DNA of 64,000 nucleotides from Oscillospiraceae bacterium (GTDB lineage Bacteria; Bacillota; Clostridia; Oscillospirales; CAG-272): NCBI GenBank assembly GCA_015063535.1, contig SVTY01000004.1, positions 58,343 to 122,342 of the forward strand, read 5' to 3'. Shown piece by piece: positions 55,740 to 64,000 of this stretch (position 1 is its first letter; each line of letters starts with the position of its first letter). The notes under the pieces were generated by a model. It saw only the letters and a program-made list of their open reading frames with translations, ran no database searches and was not told where the DNA came from. The position numbers and the translations under genes were made by a program.

Positions 55740-57998
55740 ATGAAGATATTGGAATTACACATCACCGAATTTGGGTGTCTGACCGACCGCCATCTGATCC
55801 CGGACGAGGGAATGAATCTGCTGGTGGGAGACAACGAAACGGGAAAAAGCACAGTCATGCTGTTTATCAAATTCATGCTGTACGGTCTGCCCAAGCGGGG
55901 AACTCCCGAGCGGGAGCGGTCGGTCAGCCGTCTGGGACATCGGGCGGCGGGAAGCATGACCGTCTCGCACGGCACAGAGACCTATCGGATCGAGCGAAGC
56001 TATTCCGACGGTGGACGGGGAAGCGACAAGCATACCGTGATCCGTATGAGAGACGGAGAGACCGTATTTGCGGGCGAGGAGCCTGGGCAGGCACTGCTGG
56101 GCGTACCGAGGGAGGTCTTTGAGAGCAGCTGCGGCATCGGACAGCTTCAGTGCGCCGGTATCGGTGGAAAGAAGGAAGCGGCGGCGATCCGCAATCTGCT
56201 GACCTCCGCCGATGAATCGGTGGATATCGAGCGGATCGAAAAACGCTTGGAGGCGATTCGGGTGCTGTATCGCCATAAACGGGGCGAGGGCGGCAGACTG
56301 AACGATCTGGACAGCCTGATCGCCGAGGAGCAGCAACGGCTGGAAAAGGCGATAGAGGGGCGACTGCGTATCGAAACACTGGAAGCCGATCTGCGTGCCA
56401 ATGCCGCCAAGATCGAAGAAAAGGAACAACAATTGAAGCGAGCGGAGCTGTTGCTGACCGAGATCCATAAGATCGAGGTTCTGCGTCGCTTTGATGCTTT
56501 GCGGCAAAACAGCGAGGAATGCGCGCATCTTCGAGCACAGACGGAGCGCCTGCGAAAGGAAACACTTCAAACGGAATATATGCCCGTGAGTGCCGATATA
56601 GCCCGTCTTACCATGCTTTCCGATAGCCTGAAGCGGGCAGAGACCGAGCAAGCAGAGGCGGAGGAAGCCTGCCGAACCTTGCAGACCTCTGCCGCATACA
56701 ACGAGGAAGCGGCGGCTGTCGGCGAGCAGCTGGAGCGGTCGGGCGGTGTATTTGGGGTGCTTGACCCTCTGCGCCGTGCGCTTCGCCTTGCCAAGGTCGG
56801 TGCGGTGTCGGGACTGTGCGGCGTGGGCTTGCTGTTGGTGGCAGTCGGACTCATTTTTTTCTCGTACTATGTATTCATCGGCTTTGGCTTGGCGATCGTC
56901 GGAATTTTTTTGGCGAGCTTGGGATTGACACTGTCGCTTCGGGGACGGAAAACCGCCAAGCGCATTGCGGCAATGTTCAACCAAAGTGTGTTTGACCTTC
57001 CCGCATATTTGAATGCTTGTGCCGAGGCATGGCAAGCCAAACGAGAGGCTCAGACGATGCTGACGGCGGCGCAGACCAAGGCGGACAGTGCCGCACAGCA
57101 TGCGGCGCATCAGCAAGCGGCACTTCGTGCGGCACTGGATAAGACAGCACCCCGCACCGAAGCAACGGTAGAGGCAGGCTATGAGGAGGCCCGTCGTCTG
57201 GAAGCCTTTTTGTCGGAGTATGAGGCAGGGAAAAGCAAAGAAAAGACTCTGTCGGAGCTGGTGGAAAGCGATCGCCGCATCCTGTCGGTACACGACGAGG
57301 CGGCGTTGCGGGACAGTCTGACCATCAGCCCCGAGAAGATTTCCAGGGAAATGACCGAGCGGGCAGCACAGGAGAAGCAGTTCTACGGTGCTCAGCTTCA
57401 GACCTTGCGGATGCAGGAAAGCCGTTGGCGTACCGAATTGATCAATTGCCGTGTATCGACACAGGAGCCGTTGGTACTGTCCGATCGGATCGCATCGCTG
57501 AAAAAGCAGAGAGAAGAGGGAGAGGCGTACTATGATGCGCTGATGACGGCAATGGAAGCCGTCCGCCGAGCGGGCGAGACGATGCGGGGCAATATTACGC
57601 CCGCCATCAGCCATCGGGCAAGCGAGCTGATGCGAACGATCAGCCAAGGAAAATATGCCGATCTGCGGATGAACGGAGAACTGGAACTCTCGCTGTTTGA
57701 GGAAGGCGGTCTGTCCTCCGATGCATCCACGCTCAGCGGCGGAACGAGAGATGCCGCCTATATTGCCTTACGGATCGCTCTGATGCAACAGCTGTTCGGA
57801 GAGGAAATGCCGCCTTTGTTGATGGACGAGACCCTTTGTCAGACCGATGACAGCCGTTCGGAGCGGATTCTATCCTTGCTGAACGAGTTGAGCCGACAGG
57901 GCTTGCAGGTGTTGCTTTTTACCTGTCACCGTCGGGAAGAGCAGATATGCAAAAAAATGGGCATTTCTGTAAAATTACACAGATTTGACCGTTTTTGA
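55740..57998 (+). CDS. SMC/Rad50-like ATPase (YhaN-like) with internal TM pair
   Basis: GDNETGKST, long coiled coils, LSGGTRD, LLMDE, FTCH. Confidence 0.88.
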   Translation: MKILELHITEFGCLTDRHLIPDEGMNLLVGDNETGKSTVMLFIKFMLYGLPKRGTPERERSVSRLGHRAAGSMTVSHGTETYRIERSYSDGGRGSDKHTVIRMRDGETVFAGEEPGQALLGVPREVFESSCGIGQLQCAGIGGKKEAAAIRNLLTSADESVDIERIEKRLEAIRVLYRHKRGEGGRLNDLDSLIAEEQQRLEKAIEGRLRIETLEADLRANAAKIEEKEQQLKRAELLLTEIHKIEVLRRFDALRQNSEECAHLRAQTERLRKETLQTEYMPVSADIARLTMLSDSLKRAETEQAEAEEACRTLQTSAAYNEEAAAVGEQLERSGGVFGVLDPLRRALRLAKVGAVSGLCGVGLLLVAVGLIFFSYYVFIGFGLAIVGIFLASLGLTLSLRGRKTAKRIAAMFNQSVFDLPAYLNACAEAWQAKREAQTMLTAAQTKADSAAQHAAHQQAALRAALDKTAPRTEATVEAGYEEARRLEAFLSEYEAGKSKEKTLSELVESDRRILSVHDEAALRDSLTISPEKISREMTERAAQEKQFYGAQLQTLRMQESRWRTELINCRVSTQEPLVLSDRIASLKKQREEGEAYYDALMTAMEAVRRAGETMRGNITPAISHRASELMRTISQGKYADLRMNGELELSLFEEGGLSSDASTLSGGTRDAAYIALRIALMQQLFGEEMPPLLMDETLCQTDDSRSERILSLLNELSRQGLQVLLFTCHRREEQICKKMGISVKLHRFDRF

Positions 57999-58243
57999 AA
58001 TGATTTTCTAAAAAATAGCCAAAAATTTTTTAAATCTTTGGCTATTTTGCTACTGGAAATTTTTTTGAAAATATGATATAATATTATCCGGGAAACTATG
58101 GCTTCTCGGATAATGTTTTTTGTGGATATTATATAAGAGAAAAACTTCCCGAAAATGAACATGACAACGTGTGGTTTACGCCGCAGAAATGTCTCTGACG
58201 GCAATTGCACGATATTTTTATGAGAAAACGGAGTACAAATCAA

Positions 58244-58534
58244 ATGACAGAAGAGGCAGTAGCAACAATCGAAACCAATGAAGAGTCGGCAAACGCCACA
58301 ACGGCGGCACGTCCGGCGGATCGGTGCATTTTCCAGGGAGCAGACGGAAAGTGCGAAAAATTAAACAATACGGAGTGCAGAGAAGGGGGTTGCTCCTTCT
58401 TGGTGTTGCCGGGAGAGGAAGCAAGAAAGCAGGAGATCTGGGCAAAGCGCCTTTGCGGCTTGGATGAAGCAAAGCAGAAGGAGATCTCTAAGAAGTATTA
58501 CGGCGGCGGAAGACCTTGGCGTTTGAATAAATAA
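58244..58534 (+). CDS. Small Cys-rich hypothetical protein
   Basis: C-x8-C-x7-C-x4-C cluster, C-terminal KYYGGGRPW; RBS ggag. Confidence 0.65.
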   Translation: MTEEAVATIETNEESANATTAARPADRCIFQGADGKCEKLNNTECREGGCSFLVLPGEEARKQEIWAKRLCGLDEAKQKEISKKYYGGGRPWRLNK

Positions 58535-58547
58535 GGACGGTGTAAGA

Positions 58548-59066
58548 ATGTTTGAAATCGGAAGCTATGTGATCTACCGTGCAGAAGGTGTCTGTAAGAT
58601 TTCCGATATCAGAAACGAGAGCTTCGGTGCAGTTGGCGGAGAGAGTCGGTACTATATTCTCTCGCCCTTGAACGACGAAAAATCCACGGTATTTGTACCG
58701 ACGGACAACAACGCGCTTCTCGGCATGATGCGTCCGCTGATGTCTGCAGAGGAAATCTGCCGATTGGTCATGGAGTTGAAGAATGAGCGAATGGAGTGGA
58801 TCCCCGAGAGCCGTGCCAGAAACACCAAATTCAAAGAGGTGCTTTCGTTAGGCGACAGACGGGAGTTGATCGTTTTGGTCAACACAGTCCATGAACATAT
58901 GGAGGAAGCGGTTAAGTGTGGGAAAAAGCCCACGGGAACTGATGAAAATGCCATTCGTCGGGCGATCAGACTGCTGTATGAGGAGTTTGCCGCCACCACA
59001 GATCTGAAAACAGAGGAGGACATCATTCCTTTGCTTCGGGGCGAGCTTTGCTTGCATAATAAATAA
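58548..59066 (+). CDS. CarD-like transcription regulator
   Basis: MFEIGSYVIYRAEGVCKISDI...YYILSP...TVFVPTDN. Confidence 0.88.
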   Translation: MFEIGSYVIYRAEGVCKISDIRNESFGAVGGESRYYILSPLNDEKSTVFVPTDNNALLGMMRPLMSAEEICRLVMELKNERMEWIPESRARNTKFKEVLSLGDRRELIVLVNTVHEHMEEAVKCGKKPTGTDENAIRRAIRLLYEEFAATTDLKTEEDIIPLLRGELCLHNK

Positions 59067-59069
59067 CAG

Positions 59070-59109
59070 AAAACAAAAACAGGATCATTGCGATCCTGTT
59101 TTTTGTTTT
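59070..59109. terminator. Bidirectional terminator
   Basis: aaaaacaggatc/gatcctgttttt inverted repeat between convergent genes. Confidence 0.8.
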
Positions 59110-59129
59110 AATAAAGCCCGAAGTACAAA

Positions 59130-60287
59130 TCAATATCTGCCGTACTTTTGAATAGCAGCCATCACACAGCGCATGCTGGTAAGAAGCGAGCCGTTATTGA
59201 TAGAGCCTGCCGTAGCAAGATTCAGTCCGCGGGCATCATTTTCCTTAGCTGCCTCGCAGTCCCGCTTGACCTCGGCAATGATGTCCGACTCCACATTTTT
59301 CATAAAGGTAAAGGGAGCAAGCTGACCCTCGATCTGCGTATGGGGCATATGCTTTCGGATCTCCTGAACTGTTAGGGTCGGACCGAAATTACATGCTGTC
59401 AGATTGAAATCCGCAAGCAGAGGAAGCAAGTGGCCCATGGCAGAATCGGAATGCTGATAGCGGAAATCCTCGGGATTCGGACAAGCAAAATCAAATACCC
59501 GTTTCAGTACAGGATACCCCGATGCACGGTACATATCGGGTGTGAGAAGATAGCAATCGTCATCAAAGAAACGAAAACGGTGTTGGAAGGTTTCGTATGT
59601 ATTTCCCGATTCGGTGATAAACAGCTTGATGTAAGCCAGAATGACATCACCAATCACGTCGAAAAATTCGGAGAACAGCTCTTCATCGTCATAGTACAGA
59701 TACGTAAGCTCCTCAATTCCGAAAACAGATGTTGCCAATGTCACGGGACCTCTGACTGCTTTGAACTGAGAAGGCCGTTGTCCGTATAGCTCATACGCTG
59801 CCTTACAACGCTCATCCCAATCCTTGGGCAATACGAATTTTCTGAATGCCTCGGGGTCGTTCGCCATTACACGGACAGAGGCAAGGAGCTTTTTTAACTC
59901 TTCTGGCTCCTTAACGGTTCCGTGGAGCCATGTTGTTTGTCCGTTAAATACATATTCACCGCCAAACACCTCACCGATCATGCGATACTGGGGAATGGTT
60001 ACCTTGGGTTGTTTTTCGGGGGGCAATGGCTTGTTTTCTTGAAGCAGAGGTCTTCCCACGATTTTTTGTGCTTTTTCATTGTAACGACAGTTCAGCTCGT
60101 AGCGACGCTCAGGCGGCGTATATCCCCACGGTTCGCCTTCCTCCCCAAGCTCCGCAAAAACACACTCGTCACTCATACGAATACCGAGAGCCACCTGCGG
60201 TGCTTCCTTGGAAAAACAATTTTCCTTGTGAGCAAGCTCATCATCCTTCCAAAATTGATCTGAATCTAAGTCTAACAGTTCCTGCAT
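59130..60287 (-). CDS. Uroporphyrinogen decarboxylase (URO-D/CIMS)-family protein
   Basis: GPVTLA, FFDDDC, YQHSDS and C-terminal LATAGSI pattern; RBS aggagg. Confidence 0.7.
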   Translation of the reverse strand: MQELLDLDSDQFWKDDELAHKENCFSKEAPQVALGIRMSDECVFAELGEEGEPWGYTPPERRYELNCRYNEKAQKIVGRPLLQENKPLPPEKQPKVTIPQYRMIGEVFGGEYVFNGQTTWLHGTVKEPEELKKLLASVRVMANDPEAFRKFVLPKDWDERCKAAYELYGQRPSQFKAVRGPVTLATSVFGIEELTYLYYDDEELFSEFFDVIGDVILAYIKLFITESGNTYETFQHRFRFFDDDCYLLTPDMYRASGYPVLKRVFDFACPNPEDFRYQHSDSAMGHLLPLLADFNLTACNFGPTLTVQEIRKHMPHTQIEGQLAPFTFMKNVESDIIAEVKRDCEAAKENDARGLNLATAGSINNGSLLTSMRCVMAAIQKYGRY

Positions 60288-60349
60288 AAATTGATCCTCC
60301 TTTTTGATAATTGGAATACTTGAAATTCTTTTTAAACCGGCAAAAATTC

Positions 60350-61510
60350 TTACCAGTTTGTATCCCAACGTTTATTGTACATTGCTTCCGACTCATGCAC
60401 CGAAGCAGACACATGCTTCGGTTGAGAGGTATGGATTCGTTTTTGCAGCTCCGCAAAATATTCCGCATCGTCAAGGGGGAGAGAAATCGGACGACCCTGC
60501 CATGCAGACAGATAGGCGGCGTTCGAGAGCGTCAGCTCCTTCAGTGCTTCTTCTCCCGAAGCAACAAGAGGATCTCCGTAAAGGATCGCTCTTCCGAAAT
60601 TCTCCAATACTCGGTGATGCCCCTGATAGGGTTCATCCTCCCATACGGTCGTCTCTACCGACGGAGCAGATGAGTCCGAAGAGAAGCAATACTCTCGCTC
60701 ATCCTTAGAAAGACGGTGCAGAGTCAAGGTCTTATGCTCCAGCAGAAGGGTTCCCTTGGTTCCCGTGATCTCCAAACGGTTGGTTCCGGGCAGATCACCG
60801 GTAGAGGTGATAAATACGCCGCTTGCCCCGTTTTCATAACGGGCAAGGATCGTTGCCTCATCCTCTACCTCAATAGGGTGAAATCGTCCGGTGTTGCATT
60901 GTGCGCTGATCTCCGTGGGCATGCCGCAAAGCCATTGCCACAGATCCAAATTGTGAGGTGCTTGATTCATCAAAACACCGCCACCCTCGCCCGCCCAAGT
61001 GGCTCGCCAGTTACCCGAATCGTAATATTCCTGTGTGCGATACCAGTTGGTAACGATCCAAACCGAGCGTTTTAACTCTCCCAGCTCTCCCGCCTCGATC
61101 AAATCCTTTGCCAACCGAAACAGCTTGTTCGTCCGTTGGTTGAACATCATCGCATATATTTTTCCGCTTTTCTTAGAAGCTTCGACCGCTTTTCTTGCGT
61201 TCTCGCAATACACGCCAATCGGCTTTTCCGAGAGCACATGAAGCCCACAGGAAAAAGCTCGAAGAGCAAGTGTAGGATGGTCGTAGTGCGGAGTAGCGAT
61301 GATGATCGCATCCAGTGTTTCGCTTTGAAGCATGGTATCAGCATCAGCGTACATGTGAACGGTAGGGTAGAGCTGTCGAAGCTTCTCAATACGCTTGGGG
61401 TCGATGTCGCAAAGTGCAGAAAGCTTCAGAAGGGGAATTTTGTTTTCATAAATAGCGGTGGCATGGGCAAAACCGATATTGCCGACGCCGATGATTCCGA
61501 CTCGTATCAT
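60350..61510 (-). CDS. Gfo/Idh/MocA oxidoreductase
   Basis: GIIGVGNIG, HVLSEKP, GGGVLMNQAPH. Confidence 0.93.
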   Translation of the reverse strand: MIRVGIIGVGNIGFAHATAIYENKIPLLKLSALCDIDPKRIEKLRQLYPTVHMYADADTMLQSETLDAIIIATPHYDHPTLALRAFSCGLHVLSEKPIGVYCENARKAVEASKKSGKIYAMMFNQRTNKLFRLAKDLIEAGELGELKRSVWIVTNWYRTQEYYDSGNWRATWAGEGGGVLMNQAPHNLDLWQWLCGMPTEISAQCNTGRFHPIEVEDEATILARYENGASGVFITSTGDLPGTNRLEITGTKGTLLLEHKTLTLHRLSKDEREYCFSSDSSAPSVETTVWEDEPYQGHHRVLENFGRAILYGDPLVASGEEALKELTLSNAAYLSAWQGRPISLPLDDAEYFAELQKRIHTSQPKHVSASVHESEAMYNKRWDTNW

Positions 61511-61514
61511 AGAG

Positions 61515-62699
61515 TTACGAGCCGAAGGTGCTGTTCATATCGGCGGCAACCGTAGTAGCAGCGGCAGCCTTACGGCGCGAGGTCGCAACTCGTTTCATCA
61601 GCTCGGTGCGGAACAGCTCATGGTCGAAGGAAGAGATGTCAATCATCTTGCCCGTCCAAGCGGACAAATGCATCGCATTGGAAAGGGTCAATCCGTTGAT
61701 GCCTTCTCTGCCGTCTGCGACCAGCGGCTCGCCACGAAGGATATTGGCGGAAAATGCCCGAAGAACCCCCATGTGCTGAGTATTTTCTCCGTCGGTCTCT
61801 ACGGCGATCTTTTCATAGCTCGGATGCCCGAAGGGCTCTTGATTGGTAGCGGAAAATTCGGGTTCTCCGATATCGGATCGCCACATGGTAAGGGTGGATT
61901 TCTTATCCTCAATTTCTGCGATCAGCTTTCCTTTTTCACAGGTGATCTCAAAGCGATTGGTACCGGGGGTATCGCCCGTGGTCGTGATAAAGGTACCTGT
62001 CGCACCGTTTTCGTATTCCACATAGGTGGTTACATCGTCCTCGACCTCAATATCATGCCATTTGCCGAAGTGCAGATGTGCCTCGACGGTCTTGGGCATG
62101 CCGCAGATCCACTGCCACAGATCGAGATTGTGAGGGCATTGATTCAGCAGAACGCCGCCGCCCTCGCCCGACCAGGTTGCACGCCAATCGCCCGAATCGT
62201 AATATGCTTGCGGACGGTACCAGTTGGTGATGATCCAGCTTGTACGTCGAATGGCACCCATCTCTCCGCTTTGAATGATCTCTCTCATTTTTCGGTAAAT
62301 GCAGTTGGTACGTTGATTCATCATGATGGCGAAAACAACGCCGCACTCATTGGCAATACGGTTCATTTCCAGAACCTGTGCCGTATACACGCCTGCCGGC
62401 TTTTCGATCATGACATGAATGCCGTGCTTCATTGCCTTAATAGCGTAGGTGGGGTGGTCATAGTGAGGAACGGCGACGAGTAAGGCATCGATCTTGCCGC
62501 TTTGGATCATTTCATCTCCATCGGAAAAATAGGAAACGTTCTCGCCAAACAATTCCTTTGCCCAATCCAAACGATCGGGTTTGATGTCACACACCGCCGT
62601 CAGTTGAATTTCAGGACACTCTCCGTTAAATAATTTTTGAGCATGGGAGGATCCCATGTTTCCCAATCCCAAAACACCGATTTTTACTTGCTTGCTCAT
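61515..62699 (-). CDS. Gfo/Idh/MocA oxidoreductase (paralogue)
   Basis: GVLGLGNMG, HVMIEKP, GGGVLLNQCPH. Confidence 0.93.
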   Translation of the reverse strand: MSKQVKIGVLGLGNMGSSHAQKLFNGECPEIQLTAVCDIKPDRLDWAKELFGENVSYFSDGDEMIQSGKIDALLVAVPHYDHPTYAIKAMKHGIHVMIEKPAGVYTAQVLEMNRIANECGVVFAIMMNQRTNCIYRKMREIIQSGEMGAIRRTSWIITNWYRPQAYYDSGDWRATWSGEGGGVLLNQCPHNLDLWQWICGMPKTVEAHLHFGKWHDIEVEDDVTTYVEYENGATGTFITTTGDTPGTNRFEITCEKGKLIAEIEDKKSTLTMWRSDIGEPEFSATNQEPFGHPSYEKIAVETDGENTQHMGVLRAFSANILRGEPLVADGREGINGLTLSNAMHLSAWTGKMIDISSFDHELFRTELMKRVATSRRKAAAATTVAADMNSTFGS

Positions 62700-62724
62700 T
62701 TTTGATCTCCTTATTCGTAAAAAA

Positions 62725-63498
62725 TTATTGCAGACCAAAAGAGGTCAGATATTGATAGCTTTCCTTCAAACAATCAAAGGGGTCTTTGTCATAGCAGTTA
62801 TCCTGCTCAACAAGAAGATATTCTACACCGACGGACTCGGCAACCTTCAGGATCTTTTCAAAATTCAGATTGCCTTGTCCTACGGGTGCCATCCGTTGTT
62901 CTTTTTCCACAATGGCGAGATCCTTGAGGTGAATACATTCCACTCGTCCTACCAATTTTTTCAGATATTCGGACGGCTCCACTCCGCCGATCTGCGCCCA
63001 GTAGGTGTCATAAGTAATGCCCAACAGCTCGGGGGAGAAATCCTCCAGCATGCGGTCAAAGTACAGCATTCCGTTTGCACTTCTGGCAAATTCGATCTGA
63101 TGATTGTGGTAAAAGAGCTTGTGTCCCTCTTGTCGGAATATCTTGGCTACGGGCAAGAAATTCTTGACGAATGTATCATAGCATTCGTCATCTATGCCCG
63201 AATTTCCTTCCTTGCGGGGCATGGCGCCGATGCCGATGTGCTTGCAATCGAATATATCGTGATTGCGGCATACCTGCACGGGGTCATCGAGGATTTCTTG
63301 CGGCTTGATATGGGTCAGAACGCAGGACAAGCCGTTCTTGTCCAGCTCTGCCTTCAGCCAATCTGCCTCATAAGCACATGTCCCCGATACTTGTACGGTG
63401 GTATAGCCGATATCGGCTATTTTTTTCAAGGCTTCGGAAAGACCTTCTAAGGTTTTGGTTGAACGGTGAACGGTATAAAGTTGTGCGCCGATTTTCAT
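62725..63498 (-). CDS. Sugar phosphate isomerase/epimerase (xylose isomerase-like TIM barrel)
   Basis: GAQLYTV, YHNH, DTYW, HLKD, VEQD. Confidence 0.9.
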   Translation of the reverse strand: MKIGAQLYTVHRSTKTLEGLSEALKKIADIGYTTVQVSGTCAYEADWLKAELDKNGLSCVLTHIKPQEILDDPVQVCRNHDIFDCKHIGIGAMPRKEGNSGIDDECYDTFVKNFLPVAKIFRQEGHKLFYHNHQIEFARSANGMLYFDRMLEDFSPELLGITYDTYWAQIGGVEPSEYLKKLVGRVECIHLKDLAIVEKEQRMAPVGQGNLNFEKILKVAESVGVEYLLVEQDNCYDKDPFDCLKESYQYLTSFGLQ

Positions 63499-63516
63499 GA
63501 TAGGGTCTCCTTTTTC

Positions 63517-63999
63517 TTACAAAATGATAGAATTGAGGGCGGCAACGGCGGCATCGAAGGACTCGTCGTTGTTTTTGTAAACAGTCAGACCGGGCTTGAG
63601 GGATTCACCGTTTTCCAGCTTATCCAGTCCCGTAAAGGCGTTCAGGTGCGGCTCTAAGGTCATGACCTCGCCGCCGCTGGCAAGATAATCCGCTATGATT
63701 TCGGGCAGATGTCCCTCGCCCTTGCCTGCGGGAACGACGACACCGTCAAACACGGCATCCTTGATATGCAGATATTCCACATGTTCTTTGAGCATCGCCC
63801 AAGCATGGAGGGTATCTACGCCGCATTGAACGAAGTTTGCGGGGTCAAAGACAGAACGGATGCGGGGAAATTCCTTGTGGATCGTCAAGCAGATATCGGG
63901 AGTTTCTCCGAAAATGTGTTTTTCATTCTCATGACAGAGAACGACGGAATCGGGGGTGTTGTCGCAGAGGATACGCAGACGCTCGAAGACCTGTTCCTT
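63517..63999 (-). CDS. Sugar phosphate isomerase/epimerase (5' end outside window)
   Basis: CHENEK, FDPANF, HIKD, LEPH; frame open to the window edge. Confidence 0.85.
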   Translation of the reverse strand, partial: KEQVFERLRILCDNTPDSVVLCHENEKHIFGETPDICLTIHKEFPRIRSVFDPANFVQCGVDTLHAWAMLKEHVEYLHIKDAVFDGVVVPAGKGEGHLPEIIADYLASGGEVMTLEPHLNAFTGLDKLENGESLKPGLTVYKNNDESFDAAVAALNSIIL

Positions 64000-64000
64000 T

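Noticed and set aside
54596-57998. Nuclease plus SMC-like ATPase as a novel defence system
   Set aside because: Matches the widespread chromosomal YhaO/YhaN-like pair, with no accessory defence genes nearby.

Overview
GC-rich chromosomal DNA, probably from a Clostridia-type Firmicute. Bases 1 to ~26,995 are the right-hand part of a podovirus-like prophage: Cro-like/XRE early genes, an HUH rolling-circle-type Rep, terminase, P22-like portal, scaffold, capsid, tail proteins, a membrane-protein cluster with no recognisable endolysin, a 2489-aa polyvalent virion protein, a type I toxin-antitoxin locus and a DUF6514-like gene. The prophage ends abruptly at the PEGLP motif of an N-terminally truncated Ca2+-type P-type ATPase, which suggests it integrated inside that gene. 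The rest is host DNA: LRR surface proteins, ftsH-hpt-tilS-dnaB-rplI-gdpP-yybS-like genes, rimP-nusA-ylxR-ylxQ-infB, mtnN, an ABC-F protein, an orphan phage-like repressor switch, a MITE-like element, a yhaO/yhaN-like pair, carD and a sugar-catabolism operon. The most striking observation is a hidden layer of genes inside the 2489-aa ORF. It contains a perfect sense sigma-A promoter upstream of an overprinted 69-aa ORF, and two antisense promoters that each predict a ~70-80-nt multi-branched RNA closed by a perfect 10-bp stem and followed by a U-rich tract. These sit in AT-rich in-frame modules, one of which (780 bp, 7-bp direct repeats) splits a HEXXH metallopeptidase domain. Family names come from motif recognition only; no searches were run.
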